From an uncultured Bacteroidales bacterium (GTDB taxonomy: Bacteria > Bacteroidota > Bacteroidia > Bacteroidales > CAYVNP01), in the NCBI GenBank assembly GCA_964452905.1, contig CAYVNP010000010.1, positions 24,420 through 88,419 on the forward strand: DNA of 64,000 bases, given 5' to 3'. Position numbers and translations under genes: made by a program. Shown one piece after another: positions 23,247 through 34,267 of this stretch (positions are counted from its first letter, which is position 1; each line of letters starts with the position of its first letter). The notes beneath the pieces were generated by a model, which saw only the letters and a list, made by a program, of their open reading frames with translations, was not told the DNA's origin and ran no database searches.

Positions 23247-26063
23247 TTAATTATTTTTCAGAACAAGTATTTTTTTATTGATTATTTTATCGCCGGAATT
23301 AATAAAAATAATATATGTTCCTTGATGAAATCCATGAATGGAAAGAGTTTCATTGTTTTTTATTTCTTTATCTTTCGAAAAAACAACTTGACCCAATTCA
23401 TCCGTGATCCTGATTTCACTGATATGATTTGAACCTGTTTGTATAGTGAGCACATCACTTGCAGGATTCGGATAAATAAACGTATCTTCTTTGCTGGATA
23501 AGTCAAACTGATTAATACCAACGAGTTCAGGGAATAATTGTGATTTAGGAATTATTGCTTTTGGAACACGTGTACTTTGCCAGAAGAGTTTAACTGATGC
23601 ATCCCCCGTTGCTTCCCAGTATTCAATAGTAATTTTATAAAATGTATTTGCTGTCAAATTAATCACTCCATTTTTTTCAGTATATGCTTGTATATTCCAG
23701 TTATTGATGATCAACTGATCATTGATAAATAGGCGTGACCCATCATCAGATCCGAGAAAGAAGGTATAGTCTTCAGTAAATTGCGGCAGAACATAACCTG
23801 TCCATCGGATGGTGTAATTGTCGGAGAGATTCGTGCAACTACCTGCGTTTATTGGGCTTGTCCCCCAATTAAAGTTAATAGCTGTATCTGTCTTTACACT
23901 ACAAGATGGGAATGTTAAATTTGTATTTGGATAATAAGTTCCGTTTAAGCCGGTGCCATTGTCAGGTGTGGGACCTGAAACATTAAAAATTTGCTGTACT
24001 GTTACCGGACAAAATTCTGAATTTCCCGTTTGCGTTGCATAAATAATGACAGTTCCCTTTGATCCATTCAAAGTTACGGTGTTATTATTTAGTGTGGCAG
24101 GACCTGATTTAACTGAGAATGATACGGGCAAACCGGAAGAAGCTGTAGCATTTATCGTAAATGGATTATCCGAATATTTTTTATCAGTGATTGGAGAAAA
24201 AGAAAGGGTTTGAGCTGTGCAACTACTGATCGTATAGTTGTTGGTATATTCAACCCAGAAACGTGAAATGTTTTTATTCGGGTTTCTCCAGGCAGAATCC
24301 ACATTGGCGATCAGTGCGTCATTGCCGTTATTGGGTGCAGTAACAAATTTATTATTTGACATAGAAAGAAAACAATACGAATCGTCGGGTGAATGATACA
24401 TGCCGAATTTTTCCCAAGAGCCGCCAATTGCATCCCGATTGGCATACAACGGTTGAATACCTTGCTGTTCTGCTGTTACATATTTTTTCAGTGAAGTTGA
24501 CCAAAGTGAATATGTGCCGTCTTCATTGTCATAAAGCAAAAAGATCTCTGCATTTAATCTGCTGGCAGTTGTGGCTTTCAGAGGATCCGTGACAGCCGTA
24601 AGTTTGGAAATGTAGTTATTATTCACTTTGCTTCTCAATGTAACTGATTTTACCACCTGAGGAGGTAAAGTGCCCGAAACGTTGCTGCCAGTGAATTTCC
24701 ACCAGTTGACATTTAATCCTCCTGCTGTAAATTTGAAATAAAGATCATGAATGCCACTTGCCTGATTAATACTGACAGTCACCGTTTGCCAGTTTTGCCA
24801 ACCACCTGTATTAACAGCATTGACTGTTCCGATTAATTTTCCTGTCAGACTGTCAAGTCGGATCTCAAACGAGCCTGCTCCGTTCGGAGAAGCAATTCTG
24901 GCTGAAAAGCCGGTTGCTCCTCCACCAAAGTCAACACCGATCATCCTGATCCAGTCGGATGGATGGATTGAGCAGACATCACGCCCACCACCAACATCAG
25001 TGCACGTTTCAGTTTCAATACCTGATTCACGAGCAATGGTTTCTGCTTCCACCTGTTGAAAAGGATTCAGATATTTAACCTGACGCAAACCTTCTTCGGT
25101 AATGGTTTGCATTTTAAATGAACCGTCAGGATTGACATATAACCTGTCAAGCCCCACATTTCGCTGATACCCTAAATTTTGATTTTTTAAAACAGATAAT
25201 TTATTCCCGTGATAAAATGAATAATAATTTCCCATGAACTCAAATATAGCCGGCTGTGTATTGTTTCCAAACACAGGCCACATCAGGTTTCTGTCATTGC
25301 GCGATGCCCCGGGTTCAACCACCGGACCTGTTGGTGTTGCCAGAAAATTATATCGGTGAAAATAATTTGCATCCCCGTCATTGCATCCGGAGTTATGTTG
25401 TGCACATGACCATAATTCCTGATCATTAAAGGTCATGTAGGAATATTGATACTTTCCATTAATATGTGTTACGTAAGGTGCTTCATGTGCATCATTGTTC
25501 CAAACGTTCCATTCACCTGGCATCAGATTAGCCATATCTGACGTTAATTTGTTAACGCGTCCGTTCGGGAAATAAAGATATGCCTGCCCGTCGTCATCAA
25601 TCATAACAGCAGGATCAACAATATGACCTGAAACAAGATAACTGCCACGAGGATCAGTAAACGGACCTAAAGGATTATCTGCTACTGTAACACCTGTACC
25701 ACCAATATCTCCTGTTTGGTATTGTGGTACGCAGAAATACAAATAAAATTTCCCGTTCCTATATACAGCTTCTGGCGCCCAGAAACGTTTGGGTGCAATA
25801 TAAGGAATACTGCTTGCCATCAATACTTCTCCATGATCAGTCCAATTGACTAAATCGTCCGATGATATGCAGGTGTATCCATCCATTGAATAATCTTTCT
25901 GATTATCCATGTCATGCGATAAATAAACATATACACGTCCATTATATACAATTACACAAGGGTCAGCTGTATAACGCTGTGTGAAAATAAACCAGTTTGA
26001 ATAAGTTGTTTTACTCACTAAAACGAATACGAACAAACAGATGATGAGGAAATTTTTTTTCAT
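23247..26063 (-). CDS. GH43 glycoside hydrolase (arabinofuranosidase/xylosidase-type), then CBM6, beta-trefoil (fascin/CBM42-like), Ig-like, PA14, T9SS CTD
   Basis: - The ORF is 938 aa.
- The GH43 N-terminus is YTADPCVIVYNGRVYVYLSHD, FWAPEAVYRNGKFYLYF.
- The CBM6 stretch is VEAETIARESGIETE...TGGWQNWQTVTVSI.
- The trefoil-like segment is KKYVTAEQQGIQPLYANRDAIGGSWEKF.
- The PA14 stretch is YTFFLGSDDGSRLFINDQLIINNW.
- The CTD is IYPNPASDVLTI. Confidence 0.8.
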   Translation of the reverse strand: MKKNFLIICLFVFVLVSKTTYSNWFIFTQRYTADPCVIVYNGRVYVYLSHDMDNQKDYSMDGYTCISSDDLVNWTDHGEVLMASSIPYIAPKRFWAPEAVYRNGKFYLYFCVPQYQTGDIGGTGVTVADNPLGPFTDPRGSYLVSGHIVDPAVMIDDDGQAYLYFPNGRVNKLTSDMANLMPGEWNVWNNDAHEAPYVTHINGKYQYSYMTFNDQELWSCAQHNSGCNDGDANYFHRYNFLATPTGPVVEPGASRNDRNLMWPVFGNNTQPAIFEFMGNYYSFYHGNKLSVLKNQNLGYQRNVGLDRLYVNPDGSFKMQTITEEGLRQVKYLNPFQQVEAETIARESGIETETCTDVGGGRDVCSIHPSDWIRMIGVDFGGGATGFSARIASPNGAGSFEIRLDSLTGKLIGTVNAVNTGGWQNWQTVTVSINQASGIHDLYFKFTAGGLNVNWWKFTGSNVSGTLPPQVVKSVTLRSKVNNNYISKLTAVTDPLKATTASRLNAEIFLLYDNEDGTYSLWSTSLKKYVTAEQQGIQPLYANRDAIGGSWEKFGMYHSPDDSYCFLSMSNNKFVTAPNNGNDALIANVDSAWRNPNKNISRFWVEYTNNYTISSCTAQTLSFSPITDKKYSDNPFTINATASSGLPVSFSVKSGPATLNNNTVTLNGSKGTVIIYATQTGNSEFCPVTVQQIFNVSGPTPDNGTGLNGTYYPNTNLTFPSCSVKTDTAINFNWGTSPINAGSCTNLSDNYTIRWTGYVLPQFTEDYTFFLGSDDGSRLFINDQLIINNWNIQAYTEKNGVINLTANTFYKITIEYWEATGDASVKLFWQSTRVPKAIIPKSQLFPELVGINQFDLSSKEDTFIYPNPASDVLTIQTGSNHISEIRITDELGQVVFSKDKEIKNNETLSIHGFHQGTYIIFINSGDKIINKKILVLKNN

Positions 26064-26087
26064 GATATTTATTTTAATATGTTGTTG

Positions 26088-28949
26088 TTAGTAATTTATT
26101 TCTGAAATGATCTGATAGTTGCCTGACCCTAAATTTACTGTAGCAAATCCATTCATGAAGTAAGCAGATTTAATTGTTTTAATATCTTGTCTGTTAATTA
26201 GAATTAACCCATTCGTTTTTACAGGAATAGAAACGGTAGCAAAGGTATTTACAGGAATTTCAATTCTCCATTTGAATTTATTATTTTCTTTTTTCCACGA
26301 ACTTTTAATGATGCCGTTAATTGAATTATAGCTGCCAGATGCATTGGTAATATGTTGGGGCGGAGTTGGTTTCAGGATAAAATGTTCCATTCCTGTTGCC
26401 TCTTCATCGATACGGATACCTAAGATGGTATTGTGAAACCAAGTGGCAAAGCCGCTCTGAAAAGCATGATTATAGGAACAGTCGAGAACAGTATCTTTTT
26501 CTGCCCAATATTTTTGTGCTTCCGGCCAGACGGTCAGTCCGCGTTTCAGCCACCAACCGTGTCCGGGAAATTCAGAATTGGTCAGTGTTTTATAGGCAAT
26601 GTCAGGAAATCCATTGTCAGATAGAATATGAAAAAGATGTTTTAATCCAAACACTCCGCATGCCTGGTGTCCATTGTGTAATGTTGTGATATTATAGACC
26701 AGTGCTTTGATGACTGCCTCTTTTTTATCCTGAGGTACAATATTATATTTTAATGAAAGCACATCAGCTGTCTGACTACCATAGCTATAGAGGTCAGTTT
26801 TTTCAATAGGTTTCAGTACATTCAGATTAAATTCATTTTTAAATTTTTCAAAAAGTGACAGGCACGTTTTTTCAAATGCAACATCATTCAGTGTGTGAGC
26901 TATAAGAGCCATTTTACGAAGTGTTTCTAAATACATCAGCATTCCGGAAATGGCTGGTTTACATTCGCCGGTGACAAGATCTTTTTCTTTTTCTGTCATG
27001 GGTGCACACCAGTCGCCAAGCCCGCTTGGTAATACACCGTTTTTTACAAATTCACTATTATAGTTCACCCATTCTTTCATATTCGTGTATAAATGATTCA
27101 TCACCACAGTGTCGCCGTAAAACTGATAGAGGTTCCATGGCATCAGCACCATAGCGGCACCCCAGTCGGGAGTGGCTTGCAGGCAGAGGCGTTTGCCAGG
27201 TGATATCATGGTGGGCAGTTTGCTGGAAACACGTTCACGGGTAACATATGTAATCGGTTCTTTTCCTAAATTACACTTTATATCATACATGTATTTTGTG
27301 ATGAATGCAGCGCTGTTGAAATTAAAAATATCTGTTTCGGCACATGTATGTGCATCGCCTGTCCATCCGCATTTCTCACGATGAGGACAATCTTCGGGTA
27401 CACTGTGTCTGTTATCCAGAATGGTACGCATGGAAACATCATACATCTTATTCAGCAACGTATCAGAACAAATGAATTCACCGTCTTTTTCAAAATCCGT
27501 ATGGGCAAGAATCCCTGTAAAATCTCTGATGTCGGGTTTTTTAGAAAGACCTTCCACTTCAACATAACGGAATCCATGATATGTGAACTGAGGTTCCCAT
27601 ACTTCAGATTCATTTCCTTTGCATATATAAATATTGGTTTGAACAAAGCCGGTAGCGGTATATCCGGTAGAACGTGTATCAATCTGTTTTTGGTTTGGAT
27701 AAAGATTTTCTGCAAAAGTTAATCGGATTTCTTTACCCTGAGATTCTTTCACTTTGATTTTCATCCATCCTGAAATATTCACTCCCAGATCAATGATCCA
27801 CGTATTGTGATCCGATGGAAAGATGCGAACGGGTGTTAATTCTTTTATTGGGCGGATAGGAGGAATGTATTGTGCCCGTAATGTTTTACAAGGAGGTGGC
27901 GTTATGACTGATTCCGGCCACGATGCATCATCAAACATAACGGTGTTCCAGTTTTCAATTTCTTTTCGAGCATCATATGTTTCTCCGGCATATACATTGT
28001 CAAACAAAATTGGACCTGTATTGCATTTCCAGTTATTGCCGGAAATTATATTATCATATGTTCCGTCTGTGTATTCAATCCGTATTAAAACCCTTGCAAG
28101 TGGATTTCCGTAGGAAAGTGTGTTTTTTACAAAAGCAATATTCTGCCCGTAGAATCCACTACCCAACATAAGACCAATTGAATTTTTTCCATTTTTCAGG
28201 AATGCTGTAATATCTTGTGTTACATAAAATACAATCGAATCATAGGATGTTTGTGCAGGGTCCAATACATGCGTGCCAACTCTTTGTCCGTTGACAGACA
28301 GGACATGATATCCCAAACCACAAACATAGGAAAAAGCAGATTTGATGTTTCTTGATATGACGATATCACGTCTGAATAATGGGCTGGCAAAGGTGGTATC
28401 GTTCTGTTTGAATTTCTCATTTCCTATATCATATATTCTTGAAATATATTTTGAATCTCGGTTATCTTTTCCAAGAGTGATCCATTTTGCATCCTGCCAA
28501 TCTTTTTCATGTAAAGCACTTGTTTTGAAAGATGCAGTTGCCGACCATTCTGAAATTTGTTCTTCCTGATCTTTAACACATACTTTCCAGTAATATCTAT
28601 GAAATGGTTGCAAGGATTTGCCTTTGTAGACGATCTGAATACTTTTTGAAGACTCAGTTAGACCACTATCCCATTGATCACCATCATTTGTATTCAGTTT
28701 TTCTGCAGATGAAGAAACAATTAATCTGTAAGTTTTTTGACGAAGCCCTTTTTTTGTCGAATCGATGGCTTTTAATTTCCAAAAAAAGCGTGGATGCTGA
28801 ATATCAATGCAGATTGGTTCCTTCTGATATTCACAGCGTAAATCATATGCCTTAATGAAGCAATTCGTTTGTGAATATCCATTCGTATTTGTAAATGAAA
28901 TAAAAATAAATAAAAAGGATATTAAATAATATAATTTTTTTTGATGCAT
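26088..28949 (-). CDS. GH78 alpha-L-rhamnosidase
   Basis: This 953-aa ORF has a signal peptide. The N-terminal rhamnosidase-type region is PRFFWKLKA...HRYYWKVCVKDQE...WSATASF. The central (alpha/alpha)6 region is DCPHREKCGWTGDAH. Length and motif order are typical of bacterial GH78. Confidence 0.8.
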   Translation of the reverse strand: MHQKKLYYLISFLFIFISFTNTNGYSQTNCFIKAYDLRCEYQKEPICIDIQHPRFFWKLKAIDSTKKGLRQKTYRLIVSSSAEKLNTNDGDQWDSGLTESSKSIQIVYKGKSLQPFHRYYWKVCVKDQEEQISEWSATASFKTSALHEKDWQDAKWITLGKDNRDSKYISRIYDIGNEKFKQNDTTFASPLFRRDIVISRNIKSAFSYVCGLGYHVLSVNGQRVGTHVLDPAQTSYDSIVFYVTQDITAFLKNGKNSIGLMLGSGFYGQNIAFVKNTLSYGNPLARVLIRIEYTDGTYDNIISGNNWKCNTGPILFDNVYAGETYDARKEIENWNTVMFDDASWPESVITPPPCKTLRAQYIPPIRPIKELTPVRIFPSDHNTWIIDLGVNISGWMKIKVKESQGKEIRLTFAENLYPNQKQIDTRSTGYTATGFVQTNIYICKGNESEVWEPQFTYHGFRYVEVEGLSKKPDIRDFTGILAHTDFEKDGEFICSDTLLNKMYDVSMRTILDNRHSVPEDCPHREKCGWTGDAHTCAETDIFNFNSAAFITKYMYDIKCNLGKEPITYVTRERVSSKLPTMISPGKRLCLQATPDWGAAMVLMPWNLYQFYGDTVVMNHLYTNMKEWVNYNSEFVKNGVLPSGLGDWCAPMTEKEKDLVTGECKPAISGMLMYLETLRKMALIAHTLNDVAFEKTCLSLFEKFKNEFNLNVLKPIEKTDLYSYGSQTADVLSLKYNIVPQDKKEAVIKALVYNITTLHNGHQACGVFGLKHLFHILSDNGFPDIAYKTLTNSEFPGHGWWLKRGLTVWPEAQKYWAEKDTVLDCSYNHAFQSGFATWFHNTILGIRIDEEATGMEHFILKPTPPQHITNASGSYNSINGIIKSSWKKENNKFKWRIEIPVNTFATVSIPVKTNGLILINRQDIKTIKSAYFMNGFATVNLGSGNYQIISEINY

Positions 28950-28984
28950 TTAATAGATTTAATCAGATGAAATATATAAATATT

Positions 28985-30325
28985 TTAATGTTGTTTTTTT
29001 TGAATTTGTGGAAATGTAAGTTCTAGTTTTTTTAGTGCAACGGGCAACATCATTTCATCAGTGATTCGTGAAGGGTCATAGTCCATTTCAAATTCAACAG
29101 GCATCAGGAACCCGAGAGCAGACCAGCCCCAGAAAGGATTCAAACCAAGCCCATTGCCTGTTTCTCCATTGTAAAACTCACGGGTTGAATCATTGGCTTT
29201 CATCACCAGGTCAAGTGTTTGTTGCACCAGTTGTTTAGCAATATCTTTATACCCATAATTCATCAATCCATGAAAGATCATGTAATTTGTAGGTATCCAT
29301 GTAGTGCCTCTCCAGTTACAACCCCAGTCGGTGGCCGTTTGTGAATAGTCGGGTTCAGTTTTAGCGTAAGAGGCAACAGGGTAAGTGATCCAGAATTCAT
29401 TCGGGTTGATGAGGTGTTCTTTGATCAACCGTTCGGCTCTGTCTTTAGGAGCAATACCGACATACAAAGGCATGAATCCCGCTACAGACTTGACTTTTCG
29501 GAGTTTTTCTGATCGTTCATCACGGTCATAATAAAAACCGTCCTGATCATCCCAGAAAACGGCATTTATTTTTGCAGCAAGTTTTTCAGCGTCAATATTA
29601 AATTTTGCAGCATCCTCAGTAAAATTTAATTTAGTAGCAATGATCACCATTGCCTTCAGTTCTCGATAAAGATAACAAGCCAGGTCAACACCTTCGTCAC
29701 AGAATTCATTCAGTTTCCCTGCTCTTGATATTTGATTGTCCATGCCGCTATGGTCAGAACTGTTCCAAACCGGTAATCCGTTTTTATCAAAATCATTATA
29801 CCAAAACCAAAAGTCAAGATATTTTTTTAAGCGGTCGTAATACGAAACATTTGAATGTGCAAGTGTCCAGTCATTGCTGTTTACTTTTTCAAGCAACCAG
29901 TTGTAATTACCGGTTTGTCTTCCTCCCAACAGGATAGTTTGCGCCATGAAGGGTTTAAAGTGCTGATGTGGTCTGATACCCAGCAAACATCTGGAAACAA
30001 AACCACTGTTGTGCTGTAGTTTTAAGAATTCTTTAAGATTGGAAAAACAAAATTCACTGATACCAAAATAAGACAGATACAAATTTTCGAAATATAAGTC
30101 CCAGTCGTAAAATTCACCGTAGGAATAGCCGGTAAAAAGAAGAATACTGTCTTTGCCATATTTTTTTATTCCATATTTTATTATGTTCATATTATTGATG
30201 TTTGTTCGGTCAACCCAATGGTGCTGATTGAAATTAAAATCTGTTGAGGTTTTTTTGATCAGTTCGTTTTGGGCTGTCAGATCGATGGTTAATATGAGAA
30301 TAATAATGAGGATGAGATATTTCAT
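28985..30325 (-). CDS. GH63-like / MGH1-like (alpha/alpha)6 glycoside hydrolase
   Basis: - The track ORF runs 28985..30391 but opens with a non-ATG start.
- I prefer the internal ATG (MKYLILIIILILTIDLTAQ, a plausible signal peptide).
- Motifs GLPVWNSSDHSGMDNQ, WDDQDGFYYDRD and NPFWGWSALGF resemble the GH63/GH37 six-hairpin clan.
- The start coordinate is uncertain by a few nt. Confidence 0.55.
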   Translation of the reverse strand: MKYLILIIILILTIDLTAQNELIKKTSTDFNFNQHHWVDRTNINNMNIIKYGIKKYGKDSILLFTGYSYGEFYDWDLYFENLYLSYFGISEFCFSNLKEFLKLQHNSGFVSRCLLGIRPHQHFKPFMAQTILLGGRQTGNYNWLLEKVNSNDWTLAHSNVSYYDRLKKYLDFWFWYNDFDKNGLPVWNSSDHSGMDNQISRAGKLNEFCDEGVDLACYLYRELKAMVIIATKLNFTEDAAKFNIDAEKLAAKINAVFWDDQDGFYYDRDERSEKLRKVKSVAGFMPLYVGIAPKDRAERLIKEHLINPNEFWITYPVASYAKTEPDYSQTATDWGCNWRGTTWIPTNYMIFHGLMNYGYKDIAKQLVQQTLDLVMKANDSTREFYNGETGNGLGLNPFWGWSALGFLMPVEFEMDYDPSRITDEMMLPVALKKLELTFPQIQKKQH

Positions 30326-30491
30326 GATATTTGTTTTGGTTAATCGATTTATTAAAGGGTAAATGTATAAAAAACTGAAAAAAGAATACAAATATTTTTA
30401 ATTTAAAATGTTTGTTTTAAATTCGTAAAATTGATTTTTAAGTTTAGCATGAAATATAAATGAATAAAATAAATATTTAAATATAAAGAAA

Positions 30492-33400
30492 ATGAATATA
30501 TTAACATGTGCTGTACGAAGAACAAATAAATTTATTTGTTTGACTTTTTTATTATTTTTTAATCCATTAATATACGCTCAATCTCCAATTGCTTATTGGA
30601 AACTGGATGAGAGTATTGGTACTGTTGCTTCAGACAGTTCGGGTAGAGGAAATAACGGAACATTATCCGGTTGTACGTGGCTGCCGGGAGGTGGTAAAAT
30701 CAACGGTACTCTTCAGTTCAATGGCAGTTCAAATTATGTTCAGTGTGGTACCTCCGTTGGTTCATCTTCAGCGCTTACTGTTTCATTTTGGTTGAAAGCC
30801 GATGCACTGAAATATCAGATTCCCATTGATAAACTTCCGGGCAGTGGGAAGGCAGGTTGGAGCATAAAACTCAGGAACAATGGTGATATATGGATTCGCA
30901 TCGGCAGTGAAGGGACACATGATGACCTTGTGTTAACAGGCGTTTATCAGGCAAACACATGGGTGCAAGTTGCTTTTACTTTTTTGTCAGGGAAAGTGAT
31001 AGCGTTTATTAATGGGAATATTGCAGGATCATTAATTACATCCTATCTTGTTAGTAATACAACTACTCAATTACGACTTGGAAATCCTTCCGCAGTAAAT
31101 ACAAATAACGAAGCTTATGGCGGATTGCTTGATGATGTTCAGATTTATGATCGCTCCCTTGGTTTTGAAGAAATCATGGCTATGAACGGAATTACGATTT
31201 CGTCCAAAGAGACTGGTGATCTGGTGATGTGGTACGACAAACCAGCGGGTGCAGAATTTACTTCCGCTCTTCCCATTGGTAATGGACGATTGGGAGGAAT
31301 GATCTATGGTAATGTTGAACAGGAAAAAATTGGTTTAAATGAAAGCACTGTGTGGAGTGGGAGTCCGGGGAATAACAATAAAACAGGTGCTTCAGGTTAT
31401 CTTGCCGATATCAGAAATAAAATATTTTTAGGTAATGCCAGTGGCGCCTGTAATGCAGCAAACAGTTTTATCGGTGGTGGTGAAGCAGCATTCATGCCTG
31501 TTGGTAATTTGAATCTGAATTTTACAGGTCACTCGGCTGCCAATTATTATCGTGAACTTAATTTGAAAACGGCTACTGCTAAAACAACGTATACATTCAA
31601 TGGTGTTAACTATACCCGTGAATATTTTGCCAGTTATCCTGATCAATCCATTGTCGTTCGTCTTACTGCTGATCAACCCGGGAAAATTTCTTTTGTTGCT
31701 TCTCTGGATTGCCCCCATGGTAATAAAAGCATAGGAGTGGAAGGGAATGATGTTTTAGTATTAAAGGGAACAGCAGGGAGTATTAAATTTCAAACACTTG
31801 TCAAACTTAGTATTAATGGAGGGACGATCAATGCTGATAATTCAACCATTTCGGTAAATGGAGCTAACAGTTAAACGGTCATTCTTGCAATCGGTACCAA
31901 CTTCAATATGTACAATGATGTGTCGGGTGATCAGGATGCACGTGCTGTACAGTATATTTCTAATACAGAGAATAAAACCTACAATCAGATTCTTCAGGAT
32001 CACATTGCATCGTATCAGGAACTATTCAATCGTGTTGACTTGAATCTAGGGAATAAAAACAATTATTCAAATTACACAACCGATATGCGTATTGCCACAT
32101 TTGCATTTTCAGATGATCCGCAATTAGTTCGGCTTTACTATCAGTTTGGCAGATACCTGATGATCTCCTGTTCACGTCTTGGTTCACAACCTGCGAATTT
32201 ACAGGGTGTCTGGAACGATCTGATGAGTCCGCCTTGGGGAAGTAAATACACCACCAATATCAATACCGAAATGAATTATTGGATGACTGAAACAGCTAAT
32301 CTGCCGGAGTGTGCCCTTCCATTGATTGACAAAGTAAAAAATTTGGTACCCCCCGGACAACTTACAGCCAAAGTACATTGGGGTGTTAACAGTGGATGGG
32401 TTGAACACCACAACACAGATTTGTGGAACCGCACGGCGCCTATTGATGGTACGTGGGGGCTCTGGCCTACTGGTGGGGCATGGCTGTCAAAACATCTTTG
32501 GGAACATTATTTGTTTAATCCGGATAAAAATTATTTAATGGATGTGTATCCTGTTCTAAAAGGTGCTGCAGAATTTTTTCTTGCAAGTTTAGTTACTGAA
32601 ACAATGTCGGGTAACAATTATCTGGGTACATGCCCGAGTGCATCACCTGAAAATCTTCCTGCACCATGGCAATGCTTTGTCAGTTTTGCACCCACAATGG
32701 ATATTCAGATCATCCGCGATTTGTTTAACAGTGTCATAGATGCATCAAAAATACTAAATATAGATGTTGATTTACGAACACAAATAAGTGAAGCGTTAAA
32801 AAGTTTACCACCGAATAAAATAGGCCAGTCAGGTCAGTTGCAGGAATGGTTTAATGATTGGGATAATCCGACAGATCAGCATAGACATGTATCACATTTG
32901 TATGGATTGTTTCCGAGTAATCAGATCAGTTTGCGCGGTACGCCTGCCTTGACAAATGCAGCAAAAACAACATTGATACAGCGTGGCGATCTCAGCACCG
33001 GTTGGTCTTTGGCCTGGAAGATCAATCTGTGGGCGCGACTTGAAGATGGGAACCATTCCTATAAATTAATCCAGATGCTGCTTTCGTCTGACCGTACATA
33101 TAAAAATTTATTTGATGCACATCCGCCATTTCAAATCGACGGGAACTTTGGCGCTGTTTCTGGCATTAATGAAATGTTGTTGCAAAGTCAAAACAATGAA
33201 ATTCAATTTCTGCCCGCTCTTCCTGATGTTTGGGTAAATGGTTCATTTAAAGGATTAAGAGCGCGTAAAGGATTTGTAATTGATTCGGTGAGTTGGAACA
33301 ATAAAACTTTAACCAAAGCTACGATTTCTTCCACTCTTGGAGATACATGTCGTGTACGTTCAGGTTCAAATACAAAACAATTTCTTACACTACCCGGTAT

Positions 33401-34175
33401 GACCTATGTATTGGATGCATCCCTGACTATCATTGATCAGTTTAACACTCCAGTCTTAAAACCGGCCAAAACAAATGGGCTCAAAGGAAAATATTACAAT
33501 GGGAAAAATTTTGATTCGCAAATGATGGAACGTATTGATTCGGTCATATCCTTTGATTGGCAGCAAGGTAGCGCAAGTCCTCTGGTTCATATTGATAATG
33601 CCAGCATTCAATGGACAGGATCTATTGAGCCATTATTTTCTGAAACATATACCTTTTATACTTCTTCTGATGATGGTGTCCGATTATGGATCAACAATCA
33701 ATTGATCATTGATAACTGGAAATCACCTTTAAAAGCTGAAGACAGCGGATCTATTATGCTTACTGCAGGAAAAAAATACAATATAAAACTGGAATATTTT
33801 GAAAATATAGGTGCTTCCCATATTACGTTAGCATGGTCTAGTCCAAGTCAACCAAAACAACTAATTCCCGAGTCACAGTTATTTCCTTTGATGCAACCAG
33901 ATACCACTGTTGATATTAAAAACTACACGTATGCAGATAATTTTGATATTGATATGTATCCGAATCCTGCAGGGGATCAGTTATCCATAAACAGTGATCA
34001 AATTTTAATTGATAAAATAATCATTTCGGATATGCAGGGCAGAATTGTTAAAACATATACCTTTCATCCTTCATCATCAGTTTCACTTGATATTAGTGAA
34101 TTAACAAAAGGAGTTTTTTTTGTTGAACTAAATACCCCAAAAAAATGTTTTACCAGAAAATTGGTGAAAATTTAA
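30492..34175 (+). pseudogene. LamG-GH95 alpha-L-fucosidase-PA14-T9SS CTD gene interrupted by one in-frame TAA (31872..31874)
   Basis: - Track ORFs 30492..31874 and 31908..34175 are in the same frame.
- The read-through gives ...ISVNGANS*TVILAIGTNFNMYNDVSGD...
- The first part holds a LamG-like lectin domain (YWKLDESIGTVASDSSGRGNNGTLSG) and the GH95 N-terminal motif WYDKPAGAEFTSALPIGNGRLGGMIYG...LNESTVWSG.
- The second part holds the GH95 catalytic region (LQGVWNDLMSPPWGSKYTTNINTEMNYW), PA14 and the CTD (MYPNPAGDQLSI). Confidence 0.75.
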
Positions 34176-34220
34176 TTTGTTTTGATTATACCTTGTACAA
34201 TTGATAAAATTTGTGAAAAT

Positions 34221-34253
34221 AAAAAAGGGTTCAAATCATTGAACCCTTTTTTT
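34221..34253. terminator. Bidirectional intrinsic terminator between convergent genes
   Basis: The sequence is AAAAAA-GGGTTCAA-atca-TTGAACCC-TTTTTTT. It forms a perfect 8-bp stem with a 4-nt loop, flanked by an A-run and a T-run. It sits between the GH95 stop (34175) and the stop of the 2110-aa minus-strand gene (34268). Confidence 0.75.
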
Positions 34254-34267
34254 AGTTTTTCAAATGT

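Noticed and set aside
30492-34175. Treating track ORFs 30492..31874 and 31908..34175 as two independent genes
   Set aside because: They are in the same frame, separated by one TAA. The sequence between them translates as a sensible continuation of the GH95 N-domain. The second ORF would also lack a signal peptide despite carrying a T9SS CTD. I called it a single interrupted gene.
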